A stretch of 53,141 nt of DNA. Origin: Chitinophagaceae bacterium (lineage in GTDB: Bacteria > Bacteroidota > Bacteroidia > Chitinophagales > Chitinophagaceae). The DNA lies in the NCBI GenBank assembly GCA_947489175.1, contig CANLED010000001.1, positions 1-53,141 on the forward strand, given 5' to 3'. This document shows positions 38,633 to 48,375 of the stretch, piece by piece. Numbering within the stretch: position 1 is the stretch's first letter; the number at the start of each line of letters is the position of its first letter. The notes below the pieces were generated by a model that made no database searches, had not been told where the DNA came from, and saw only the letters and a list, made by a program, of their open reading frames with translations. The position numbers and the translations under genes were made by a program.

Positions 38633-40768
38633 CTAAAACCCTTCATTTTGATTCAAGTTTTTGTTCCTATCAATTTCCTGCTTGGGTATTGGCAAATATT
38701 GAAACTTGGGGTTGGGGTCGGTTAATACACTTGTTCCAAACTGTGTAGCAGCAAGCGTTCTTCTTGTGAGTGGGTTTATTTGTGATTTTATAGCATTCAC
38801 ACGACTTATTAAAGTACCATATCTTGTCAAATCATACCAACGGCAGTTTTGCTCACCCGCCAATTCCCTCCATCTTTCATCCAGCAAATCATTTCTAAAT
38901 TGGACTTGCGACAGTGAGGATGAAAAATCTGGTACAAAACCAGCAGTAGCTGAAAATTCTCTAAAATTTCGAATAGTTGGTGCGGGCGGTACTTCTCGTA
39001 TCCCCTTGAAGGCACATATTTGATTAAAATATTTTGACATGGTATCCGTTGCCTGAGCAAGAGTAAGAACAGGGTTAGTGGCTCCTTGTGCAAGACTATA
39101 GACTACATTAGACGTTGGCACCCTTCTGAAAATATCAGCATATGTTAGTTTATAAGCATTATTTTCAATAATTCTTGAATTAACAGTAAGAGCTGGATAA
39201 TAAACAAAATTTCTGGCTCTATCTCTCACAATGTTTACAGCAGCAACAGGGGTTAAACTACCACCCACCGGGACTATTGATGGGCCATTTAATTCATTAC
39301 CTGCCTCTGCATACATTAACAATACTTCAGCATATCGCATAACGGGTATATCAGCATCAAAAATTGCTCCTGTAGAGTTAGCTTGGGTCAGAGGATTTCT
39401 TCTAAACTTAACCAACTGCATGGTTGGTGTATTGTTAGGGTTTCCATCACCCCAAACAGTGGAAAACCAGCGGTTGTTCAGCCCTGGGCCAGTTACAATA
39501 TCAACTGTAGCTGGTCGATAACGAAAAGAGTTGGCATTATTCACTGCCTCGAACCAATAAGGCCTCGTAAACTGGTATGGTTCCCTTGTCCTGATATATA
39601 TTTCACAATCGCCGCCATTCGGACAATCAATTGCTGTATTTTGTAACCCAGATCTACCATTCGTTTCAAAAGATCTGAAATCACCATCTTCAAAAGTCCA
39701 AAAGCGTCTTACAATATCCCCAGGTGAACTAAAGTCAAATGCAGACCATCCAAAATCATTTGCAACGCTTGCGCCATTTGCACCAGCTATTGCACCAATC
39801 AGATCCTGAACTGCCCCAGCATTATTTATAAATCCGCTGTTCTCTCCAAATCTGCCAGAGCCCCCGTCTAAAGCCTCAAACTCTACAGTAAAAATAAATT
39901 CGTTGTTACCTGCATATTGCTTATCACGAATGAAATTATCTGGGTAGTATGTTTTAAGCGCATACTGACCACTCGAAATTACTTGTTGCAGAGCTGCTAT
40001 TGCACTTTTATAATCCTCAACACCGTTTCCAGCATTATCTCTATACTTTGCTATGGTGGCGCGTGTTAAATGAACTTTTCCTAAAAAAGAGAGTGCTGTA
40101 AACTTGCCTGCGCGGCCCCTCTCGGGAGTATTTGGCAACATTTGAGATGCCATTGTAAGGTCATTTATAATAAAATTATAAACTTTTGCTTCTTGCTCCT
40201 TCATTTGTGAAGAGGGCATATTTGAAACATTATCTATTTGTGAAAGCTCAGTAAAAAATTTATCTATAATTGGTACATTTCTGTAAAGTCTAACCAAGTT
40301 AAAATATAAAAAGCCACGGAGAAATCTGGCTTCCCCTTCAATCCTGCGCCAGTTGGCGCTATCAGCAGCAGAGAGTCCTGGAATATATCCAAAATCCTTG
40401 GCTCGTTCAATAATTAAATTGGGCCTTGATATTGCTTTGTAATGATCGGCCCAAATAGCGAATACTTCTCCGTCACCAGCATCATGGTTCATACGGGCTA
40501 TAGCACTTTGAGCAAAGGTTGTACCTGTTGCAGGCACATTATAATCAGTTGTGAAAGCCCTGTAAAATTGAGAACCAGTAATATTATTATTTCTTAACTC
40601 ATTATAGGCCTGCCCAAGCAAAAGTCCTGCTTCTATTGGGCTTTTACCAAAATTATTTAAATCAATTTCCGTTTTAATCTCAGCTGTTGTAAACTTTGTG
40701 CAAGCCGGTAGCTGAGCTAAAATAAATGCTGCAAATACTATTTTTATTAATTTATTCATACAATTCAT
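38633..40768 (-). CDS. susD: SusD/RagB family outer-membrane lipoprotein
   Basis: Lipobox LPAC, GEARFLRGFLYFNLVRLY, MRYAEVLLMYAEA, ERWRELAGE..RWYDL, LPIP..EI..N..L.QN.GF. Confidence 0.95.
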   Translation of the reverse strand: MNCMNKLIKIVFAAFILAQLPACTKFTTAEIKTEIDLNNFGKSPIEAGLLLGQAYNELRNNNITGSQFYRAFTTDYNVPATGTTFAQSAIARMNHDAGDGEVFAIWADHYKAISRPNLIIERAKDFGYIPGLSAADSANWRRIEGEARFLRGFLYFNLVRLYRNVPIIDKFFTELSQIDNVSNMPSSQMKEQEAKVYNFIINDLTMASQMLPNTPERGRAGKFTALSFLGKVHLTRATIAKYRDNAGNGVEDYKSAIAALQQVISSGQYALKTYYPDNFIRDKQYAGNNEFIFTVEFEALDGGSGRFGENSGFINNAGAVQDLIGAIAGANGASVANDFGWSAFDFSSPGDIVRRFWTFEDGDFRSFETNGRSGLQNTAIDCPNGGDCEIYIRTREPYQFTRPYWFEAVNNANSFRYRPATVDIVTGPGLNNRWFSTVWGDGNPNNTPTMQLVKFRRNPLTQANSTGAIFDADIPVMRYAEVLLMYAEAGNELNGPSIVPVGGSLTPVAAVNIVRDRARNFVYYPALTVNSRIIENNAYKLTYADIFRRVPTSNVVYSLAQGATNPVLTLAQATDTMSKYFNQICAFKGIREVPPAPTIRNFREFSATAGFVPDFSSSLSQVQFRNDLLDERWRELAGEQNCRWYDLTRYGTLISRVNAIKSQINPLTRRTLAATQFGTSVLTDPNPKFQYLPIPKQEIDRNKNLNQNEGF

Positions 40769-40789
40769 TTTTTCAGATTCATTAGTTGT

Positions 40790-43700
40790 TTAAAATGTCA
40801 CATCAACGCCAAAAAGTATAAACCGTGACCTGGGATATGCTCCCTGGTCAAGTCCTGGAAACAAACCTTTGTTTATTCCTGTTGCACTATTTACCTCAGG
40901 ATCATACCATGAGTATCGCGTAAGAACAAAAAGGTTTTGACCCGTCATAGAAAGTCGGGCAGATGAAATTTTTGCATTCTTCAACCATTTAGCAGGTAGT
41001 GAATAGCCAATACGCAATGTCTCAAAACGCAGGTAAGAACCATCTTCTACCATTTCGCTTCTTGAAAATAAACTATTGATACGGGTAGTAAATATGGCGC
41101 TGTATGATTGATAGTTCCTGTCCTGGTTTTGTCGATTCCAGATACTATTTGAAACATCGTCAATTAGATTATTATCGCCTCGTAAATAAAATGCCCTGTT
41201 GATATTATTATTCACTACATCATTTCCAAACGACCACCTGAAAAATGCATACAATTCGAATCCTTTATAAGTAAGCGTATTACCAATACCCCCTGTATGA
41301 ATTGGCAATGTATGCGCTATAGGAACATATTCATCCCTGTCAATAATTCCATCGCCGTTCAAGTCAACAAACTGAAACTCACCATTATTATTGTCTTGCG
41401 TTTTTCTAGCAGAATTATAACGTTCAAAATCTGTATTCACTAGTCCGTCCTGAATGGTTCCGTAGTATACGCCTATGGACTGGCCTAACCGAAGCAGTAC
41501 ATCATTTGGCAAACCACCTGTGCCAACTGCTCTAAAACCAAGCTCCGGTACTCCTCCTAAATCAAGTATTTTATTTCTGTTAAATGAAATATTAAAGTTA
41601 GTATTCCACTTAAATTTTTTGCTCCGTATGTTAGATGAAGCAATTTCAATTTCCAATCCCTTGTTGCTAATAGAACCGCTGTTTACTATCGATGAAGTAA
41701 AGCCGCTATAACCTGGCAATTGTACATCAAGCAAAATATTTTTTGTTGTATTATTATAATAGTTAGTGGATAATGTAATCCTATCTTTTAGAAACCCTAA
41801 ATCTAGTCCAAAATTATAACCTCTGGTAGTTTCCCATGTGATATCTGAATTAGCAAAGCGGTTAGTCGGGTTAACTAAAGTTGTCAGCCCAGAATTGAAT
41901 GGATAGAAAATATTGGAAATATTACCTAATGGTATCCCGGCATTTAATGGTATCTGGTCATTACCGGTAACTCCATAGCCAACACGGAATTTAATGGTTG
42001 ACATGAATTTAGATGCAAAATCCATAAATCGCTCATCCATTACGTTCCATGCAGCGGAGACAGAAGGGAATACACCTCTTTTATCTCTTACGAATCTGGA
42101 AGATTCATCAATACGAGAAGAAGCTGTAAAAATGTATTTCCTTTTGAAATCATACTGAAATCTGCCAATATATGAAAGTACTCTTGTATCTGTGTATAAA
42201 GGTGTAGTTCTTACTGATTGGGCAGATGAAATACTATTTATACCAAGTACTTCAGTTCCAAATTGTTCATACCGGGTAAACGCCTGATCAGCTCTATCTT
42301 TTCGACCCTCGAATACAAAGGTTCCGTTAATACGATGATTTTTTGCAAATGTTTTGTTGACAGCAATCCTTGGTTGGAATACCCAACGCAAATCCCTGCG
42401 ATCAGTAATATCTACTCTACCCTTAACGTTTTGTCCTTCCCTCAAGAGACTTGGAGTATATGTATCACGGTAAGAGTCTTCATTGGTTACACCAGCCTGC
42501 AGTACTAACTCTAACCATTTTAAAGGCTTGGCAGATACGCTTATATTTCCATTAAACCAATTTGCCGAACGACCAGCCTCCAATTGCTTTACTCTGAATT
42601 CCGGACTTTCCGGACCGGCACCCTGGCCTCCGTTATTGATTGCGCCTTCTGTGTTACCGATAATGTTGTCCCTGTTAATGAACGGATTTAAAAAATTTGC
42701 CTGTGCAATCGCATTATCTGCTCTGTTATCACCAATTAGGCCTTTGTAAGCAGAATTAGTGTATTGAAACTTAAGAGCAGCACTGAATATATTGTTTATC
42801 TTTTGATCGAGGTTGAGTCGGGTTGACAATCTTCTAAACCCTGAATTTATAACAGTACCCTTTTCATCTGCGTATCCAAGAGATGCAAAATATGATGTTC
42901 CTCCGTTGGTTGCACCAGAAAAGCTCAAGTCCTGAAATTGTCTAACAGTATTTTGAGTAATCAGGTCAAGCCAGTTTGAACCTGTAAGATTAGTGACCCC
43001 ATAAAAATTATTTAAGATTGACTTGGAATCAATTCCAAGTTTTGCTACTTCTGCCGGGTTAGACAACAACTCCCAAAGTCCAGGTTCACCAGGCTTCGGA
43101 ATATATGTTGTGGCAAAACCTGCGTTATCCCCTGCTTCTGATCGGTAAAGACCTGCACGGTATGCCGCATATTCTTGAGGACTGAGCGTGCCAAGTGTAC
43201 GAACCAGGTCTCCAATACCTACTTTACTACTAAAAGTAAATTTGGGTTTTCCAGTTTTACCTTGTTTCGTTGTTATAACAATTACTCCGTTTGAGGCACC
43301 CACACCATATAATGCAGTTGCTGAAGCGTCTTTTAAAATGTCTATAGATTCAATATCGTTGGGGTTAATTGCAGCAAGTGGATTGAATGCATCGCCGGCA
43401 CTATTGGCATAGGGAATATTGTCAACTACAATCAAAGGGCTGGAACCTGCTGTTATAGTTGCCAAGCCTCTGATATTAATGCTGAATCCTGCACCAGGTG
43501 TACCATCATTTGAAACAATATTAACCCCGGCAGCCCTGCCCTGCAGCACTTCAGAAATATTTACCGGTGCTGTGTTCTCTAAAGATGCTTTATCGATTTT
43601 TGAGGTAGCTGATGTTTGGTCTTTTTTAAATGTTTTGATGCCATAACCAGATACTACAACAGCATCCAAAGAAATATCCGAAGGGGTTAAAACAACATTA

Positions 43701-43963
43701 ATTACAGATTTAGAACCAACAGTTTCTGTTTGCAATTCATAGCCAGTAAAACTAAACTGTAACACATCTTTTGGTGATGCTTCGATAGAATATTGACCAT
43801 TTTTACCTACCAATACTACTTTTTTGGTGGTGAGATTTTGTACTGTAGCGGATTCCAAAACCTGGGCATTTTCATTTCTAATTACCCCGGTAACAGTTTT
43901 GCTTTGGGCAAAGGAGTTGAAAAAACCAATGACAGCTATAATTAGAAGTGCTACTTTTTTCAT
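40790..43963 (-). CDS. susC: SusC/RagA family TonB-dependent transporter
   Basis: INPNDIESIDILKDASATALYG...GVIVITTK, ITWETT, VEDGSYLR and a C-terminal Phe. ATG at 43963; the ORF is open to 43999. Confidence 0.96.
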   Translation of the reverse strand: MKKVALLIIAVIGFFNSFAQSKTVTGVIRNENAQVLESATVQNLTTKKVVLVGKNGQYSIEASPKDVLQFSFTGYELQTETVGSKSVINVVLTPSDISLDAVVVSGYGIKTFKKDQTSATSKIDKASLENTAPVNISEVLQGRAAGVNIVSNDGTPGAGFSINIRGLATITAGSSPLIVVDNIPYANSAGDAFNPLAAINPNDIESIDILKDASATALYGVGASNGVIVITTKQGKTGKPKFTFSSKVGIGDLVRTLGTLSPQEYAAYRAGLYRSEAGDNAGFATTYIPKPGEPGLWELLSNPAEVAKLGIDSKSILNNFYGVTNLTGSNWLDLITQNTVRQFQDLSFSGATNGGTSYFASLGYADEKGTVINSGFRRLSTRLNLDQKINNIFSAALKFQYTNSAYKGLIGDNRADNAIAQANFLNPFINRDNIIGNTEGAINNGGQGAGPESPEFRVKQLEAGRSANWFNGNISVSAKPLKWLELVLQAGVTNEDSYRDTYTPSLLREGQNVKGRVDITDRRDLRWVFQPRIAVNKTFAKNHRINGTFVFEGRKDRADQAFTRYEQFGTEVLGINSISSAQSVRTTPLYTDTRVLSYIGRFQYDFKRKYIFTASSRIDESSRFVRDKRGVFPSVSAAWNVMDERFMDFASKFMSTIKFRVGYGVTGNDQIPLNAGIPLGNISNIFYPFNSGLTTLVNPTNRFANSDITWETTRGYNFGLDLGFLKDRITLSTNYYNNTTKNILLDVQLPGYSGFTSSIVNSGSISNKGLEIEIASSNIRSKKFKWNTNFNISFNRNKILDLGGVPELGFRAVGTGGLPNDVLLRLGQSIGVYYGTIQDGLVNTDFERYNSARKTQDNNNGEFQFVDLNGDGIIDRDEYVPIAHTLPIHTGGIGNTLTYKGFELYAFFRWSFGNDVVNNNINRAFYLRGDNNLIDDVSNSIWNRQNQDRNYQSYSAIFTTRINSLFSRSEMVEDGSYLRFETLRIGYSLPAKWLKNAKISSARLSMTGQNLFVLTRYSWYDPEVNSATGINKGLFPGLDQGAYPRSRFILFGVDVTF

Positions 43964-43996
43964 ACACATACAGCGTTTATTTATTGAAAATAATTT

Positions 43997-44004
43997 CAAA
44001 TTTA
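43997..44004 (-). promoter_or_regulatory. Bacteroidota -7 promoter element for susC
   Basis: Minus strand TAAATTTG matches TAnnTTTG, 34 nt upstream of the susC ATG. No clear -33 box. Confidence 0.5.
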
Positions 44005-44061
44005 TTGTTGTTAGGTTAGATTTTCTTGTCCAATTAATCTGAAAAACTGTTCAATCATGCC

Positions 44062-44130
44062 AAAATAGACTGATTACCAAGGGAAAAGAGCTAATTTTCA
44101 AAATAGCTTGTTATGGGTCTAAAATAGACT
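44062..44130. promoter_or_regulatory. Direct repeats, candidate HTCS binding site
   Basis: AAAA(T/G)AG at 44062, 44084, 44100 and 44121, forming two pairs with 22- and 21-bp periods. Confidence 0.5.
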
Positions 44131-44338
44131 ACCAACTATTGAAATTCCTACATTATAATCATTAGAGGAAGATTTAGGTCGGGCCTGTGGGGGGAATTGG
44201 GGGGAGGGCTTGAACACATATACGCGAATAAAGAGCTTATAAAATAATACATCCCTCCTTCTGAAAAAGTACGGGGTCAGAATAAACCATTTGGAAGTAC
44301 AATAGTCCTTCAGCCAATAAATAAAGTGATCAAATATT

Positions 44339-44359
44339 TAAACGTAGTAATTACACTTA
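44339..44359. promoter_or_regulatory. Candidate AraR (NrtR family) operator
   Basis: taaacGTagtaattACactta fits the GT-N7-AC core, ~50 bp upstream of araB. Confidence 0.6.
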
Positions 44360-44410
44360 TTCTAAAATGTTTAGTACATTAGCCATTACAAGAAATGTAC
44401 TGCACGCTTT

Positions 44411-46051
44411 ATGGAACAAATATCTTATGTTATTGGTGTTGACTATGGAACCGATTCTGTTCGGTCTATTGTTGTTAACGCTGCAACCGGACAAGAGCTT
44501 GCTTCTTCTGTATTTTTTTACCCCCGTTGGAAAAATCAGCTCTATTGCAATGCATCCGAAAATCAGTTTCGTCAACATCCACTGGATTATCTGGAAGGTC
44601 TTGAGACCACCATTAAAGATTGTATTCAACAAATAGGTCCGGATTGCGCAAAAAATATTAAAGGAATTGGTGTAGATACAACAGGATCAACGCCTGTAGC
44701 AGTTGATGCCACAGGCACGCCACTTGCATTACGCCCAGAATTTGCAGAGAATCCAAATGCAATGTTTGTTTTATGGAAAGACCATACAAGTGTAGCTGAA
44801 GCAGGTGGCATAAATGAGCATGCAAAAAAATTTGGGACCAATTATTTACAGTATGTAGGTGGGGTTTATAGCAGTGAATGGTTTTGGGCAAAACTTCTTC
44901 ATATATTAAGAACCGATGAAAAAGTTGCATGTGCTATTCATAGTTGGGTAGAGCACTGTGATTGGATTCCATTTGTTTTAACAGGCGGAACGAGTGCTTC
45001 AGACATTAAAAGAGGAGTATGCAGTGCAGGTCATAAAGCACTTTGGAGCGAAGATTTTGGGGGTTACCCTCCCGATTCATTTTTTTCAAGCCTGGATCCA
45101 TTGCTTGCAGGCTTTACCAGTAAGCTTCCCTCAGAAACATATACCTCCGATAAGCCAGCAGGTAATCTTTCTGCAGAGTGGGCCTCCCGGTTAAATTTAG
45201 ATACCCATGTAGTCGTTGCTGTAGGCGCATTTGATGCACACATGGGGGCAGTAGGCGCTCAAATAGAACCTTATTATCTAAGTAAAGTAATTGGAACCTC
45301 TACCTGTGATATGCTAGTGGCGCCAGCAGTTGAAGTAAAAGATAAACTGGTGCGCGGTATATGTGGTCAGGTAAACGGATCAATTATACCTGGAATGATA
45401 GGTATGGAAGCGGGTCAATCAGCATTTGGTGACGCGTATGCTTGGTTAAAGGACATACTTTCCTGGAGTTTGGATTTGCTGGAAGACGAAACTTTAAAAA
45501 ATAAAGCAACAGAAAAAATAATGGCTGCATTAACAGAAAAGGCAGCCTTGCTTCCACTTGATGAAAAAGATGAAATTGCCATTGATTGGTTAAATGGAAG
45601 ACGCACACCAGATGCCAATCAAATGTTGCACGGTGTTTTTGCAGGCTTAAATCTAGGAACCACTGCACCCAAAATGTTCAAAGCACTGATAGAAGCCACC
45701 TGCTTTGGTGCAAAAGCAATAGTAAATAGGTTTGTTGAAGAAGGTATTCCAGTAAAAGGACTGATTGGACTCGGGGGAGTTGCAAAAAAATCTCCTTACA
45801 TCATGCAAGTAATGGTTGATGTAATAAATATGCCCATTCGGATCCATAAGTCGGAACAAACATGTGCACTGGGTGCAGCGATGTTTGCTGCAACTGCAGC
45901 AGGTTTATATGAAAAAGTAGAAGATGCCATGCAGGCAATGGGGCAGGGATTTGATGCCACTTATACACCCAATTCTTCACGCGTAGCTTACTATCAAAAC
46001 CGCTACAACCAGTATAAAAAGCTTGGTCATTTTATTGAAACTAATTCTTAG
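44411..46051 (+). CDS. araB: L-ribulokinase
   Basis: IGVDYGTDSVR, LWKDHT, YSSEWFWAK, GAFDAH, DWLNGRRTP. Confidence 0.96.
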   Translation: MEQISYVIGVDYGTDSVRSIVVNAATGQELASSVFFYPRWKNQLYCNASENQFRQHPLDYLEGLETTIKDCIQQIGPDCAKNIKGIGVDTTGSTPVAVDATGTPLALRPEFAENPNAMFVLWKDHTSVAEAGGINEHAKKFGTNYLQYVGGVYSSEWFWAKLLHILRTDEKVACAIHSWVEHCDWIPFVLTGGTSASDIKRGVCSAGHKALWSEDFGGYPPDSFFSSLDPLLAGFTSKLPSETYTSDKPAGNLSAEWASRLNLDTHVVVAVGAFDAHMGAVGAQIEPYYLSKVIGTSTCDMLVAPAVEVKDKLVRGICGQVNGSIIPGMIGMEAGQSAFGDAYAWLKDILSWSLDLLEDETLKNKATEKIMAALTEKAALLPLDEKDEIAIDWLNGRRTPDANQMLHGVFAGLNLGTTAPKMFKALIEATCFGAKAIVNRFVEEGIPVKGLIGLGGVAKKSPYIMQVMVDVINMPIRIHKSEQTCALGAAMFAATAAGLYEKVEDAMQAMGQGFDATYTPNSSRVAYYQNRYNQYKKLGHFIETNS

Positions 46052-46058
46052 ACCGATT

Positions 46059-46757
46059 ATGAGTAAATATGCACATATCATGGAGGAAGCATATGCAGCC
46101 AATATGCAATTACCGGAATTAGGGCTCGTGCTTTTTACATTTGGAAATGTGAGTTCTGCTGACAGAGACTTGGGGGTTTTCGCTATTAAACCAAGTGGCG
46201 TCCCATATGAACAATTATCTCCGGCGGATATGGTAATTGTTGATTTTGAGGGAAATACCGTGGCCGGAGAATTAAGACCATCGTCTGACACTAAAACACA
46301 TGCTGTTTTATACAAGCATTGGGAAACCATTGGTGGAATCGTCCATACGCACTCTGTATATGGAACTGCTTGGGCTCAATCTCAACGCGACATTCCCATT
46401 TTTGGAACGACACATGCCGATTACAATACCGTTAATATTCCATGCGCGTCACCTATGTCTGATGAAATGATTGAAGGCAATTATGAACTTGAAACGGGAT
46501 TTCAAATCATGAATTGTTTTAAAGAGCGCGGACTCGATTACAAAGAAGTTGAAATGGTTTTAGTAGGAAATCACGCACCTTTTACATGGGGCAAAAATGC
46601 TGATAAGGCTGTACACAATAGCGCAGTGTTGGAACAAATTGCTAAAATGGCGCTTTTGACAGAACAAATAAATCCAAAAGCACCTACATTAAAAGAAGCG
46701 CTTATCAGAAAACACTACGAAAGAAAACATGGTCCGAATAATTATTATGGTCAATAA
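46059..46757 (+). CDS. araD: L-ribulose-5-phosphate 4-epimerase
   Basis: TFGNVS, IKPSGV, PSSDTKTH, VHTHS, GTTHAD, RKHGPNNYYGQ. ATG at 46059. Confidence 0.96.
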   Translation: MSKYAHIMEEAYAANMQLPELGLVLFTFGNVSSADRDLGVFAIKPSGVPYEQLSPADMVIVDFEGNTVAGELRPSSDTKTHAVLYKHWETIGGIVHTHSVYGTAWAQSQRDIPIFGTTHADYNTVNIPCASPMSDEMIEGNYELETGFQIMNCFKERGLDYKEVEMVLVGNHAPFTWGKNADKAVHNSAVLEQIAKMALLTEQINPKAPTLKEALIRKHYERKHGPNNYYGQ

Positions 46758-46784
46758 AATAGCAGCGATTAATTTATATATTTT

Positions 46785-48287
46785 ATGAAAAGTTTAGAAA
46801 CATTAGAAGTTTGGTTCGTTACCGGCAGTCAGGATCTATATGGCGAAAAAACCCTGCAACAAGTAGCTGTCAATGCAAAAGCCATTGCAGATTCATTGCA
46901 CGCAGAACAACAAATTCCAGTATCGGTAATTTGGAAACCAACCGTAAAATCTCCAGAGGAAATATTGGCAATTTTTCAGGAAGCCAATACAGCAAAGAAC
47001 TGTATCGGAATTGTTGCCTGGATGCATACTTTTTCTCCGGCTAAAATGTGGATTGGCGGATTAAAGATTCTACAAAAACCTCTCTTACATTTTCACACGC
47101 AATTTAATAGAGATATTCCCTGGGATTCTATTGATATGGATTTCATGAACCTGAATCAATCGGCACATGGAGACAGGGAATTCGGTTTTATCATGAGTCG
47201 AATGCGCTTGAATAGAAAAGTAGTGGTGGGTCATTGGCAGGATCATGAAACCATTGCTAAAATTGCGACATGGACAAGGGCTGCAGCTGGCTGGAATGAC
47301 TGGCAGGGTGCAAAATTTGTACGCTTTGGCGACAACATGCGTCAAGTGGCCGTTACGGATGGCGATAAAGTGGAAGCAGAAATTAAGTTTGGTTATTCAG
47401 TGAATACCTATGGCATTGGGGATTTGGTGCAAGTAATTAACCAAGTAACGGAAGCAGAAATTGATGTGCTTGTGGCGACATATGAATCCAGCTATAACCT
47501 CATGCCTTCTTTACAAAAAGGTGGTATACAACACGCTTCACTCAGAGAAGCAGCAAAAATTGAAATTGGCATGAAAGCCTTTTTAGTGGCTGGGAATTTT
47601 AAAGGATTCACAGATACTTTCGAAGACTTACACGGCATGGCACAACTACCAGGAATTGCTTCTCAAAGACTGATGGCAGATGGCTATGGCTTTGGAGGCG
47701 AAGGCGATTGGAAAACGGCTGCTCTTGTTAGAGCCATGAAAGTAATGGGTACTGGCTTGCAGGGAGGCAATTCATTTATGGAGGATTATACTTATCACTT
47801 TAATCCATCCGACAGCATGGTATTGGGAGCGCACATGTTAGAAATTTGCGAAACTATCGCATCCGATAAACCAAATTGCGAGATTCATCCTTTGGGTATT
47901 GGCGGAAAAGCTGATCCAGTAAGACTTGTTTTTAACTCAGCGCCGGGCCCTGCACTCAATGCTTCGATCGTTAGTATGGGCAATCGTTTTCGTTTACTTG
48001 TAAATGAAGTGTTGGCCGTTGAGCCAAAGCATGAATTGCCTAAGCTTCCGGTAGCAAGAGTTTTATGGAAACCATATCCTAATATGCACACTGGTTGTGC
48101 TGCTTGGATTTATGCTGGTGGCGCACACCATACATGTTATTCACAAAACTTAACTTCAGAACATTTAGAAGATTTCGCTTCAATGGCAGGTATAGAATTT
48201 TCTCTTATTGGAAAAGAAACAACACTGCATCAGTTCAAAAATGAGTTGAAATGGAGTGATGTGTATTACCATATAAACAAGCAATAA
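46785..48287 (+). CDS. araA: L-arabinose isomerase
   Basis: [54 protein letters not shown]. Confidence 0.97.
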   Translation: MKSLETLEVWFVTGSQDLYGEKTLQQVAVNAKAIADSLHAEQQIPVSVIWKPTVKSPEEILAIFQEANTAKNCIGIVAWMHTFSPAKMWIGGLKILQKPLLHFHTQFNRDIPWDSIDMDFMNLNQSAHGDREFGFIMSRMRLNRKVVVGHWQDHETIAKIATWTRAAAGWNDWQGAKFVRFGDNMRQVAVTDGDKVEAEIKFGYSVNTYGIGDLVQVINQVTEAEIDVLVATYESSYNLMPSLQKGGIQHASLREAAKIEIGMKAFLVAGNFKGFTDTFEDLHGMAQLPGIASQRLMADGYGFGGEGDWKTAALVRAMKVMGTGLQGGNSFMEDYTYHFNPSDSMVLGAHMLEICETIASDKPNCEIHPLGIGGKADPVRLVFNSAPGPALNASIVSMGNRFRLLVNEVLAVEPKHELPKLPVARVLWKPYPNMHTGCAAWIYAGGAHHTCYSQNLTSEHLEDFASMAGIEFSLIGKETTLHQFKNELKWSDVYYHINKQ

Positions 48288-48375
48288 GAATGAGAGGGTA
48301 TATATTAATCATTACAAGAATAAATGATTAATTAGACTACAATAATCATACAAAACACTTAAAAAGATTAATCAA

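Noticed and set aside
44062-44130. CRISPR array or invertible promoter
   Set aside because: The repeats are only 7-10 bp, direct and irregularly spaced, with no cas or recombinase gene.
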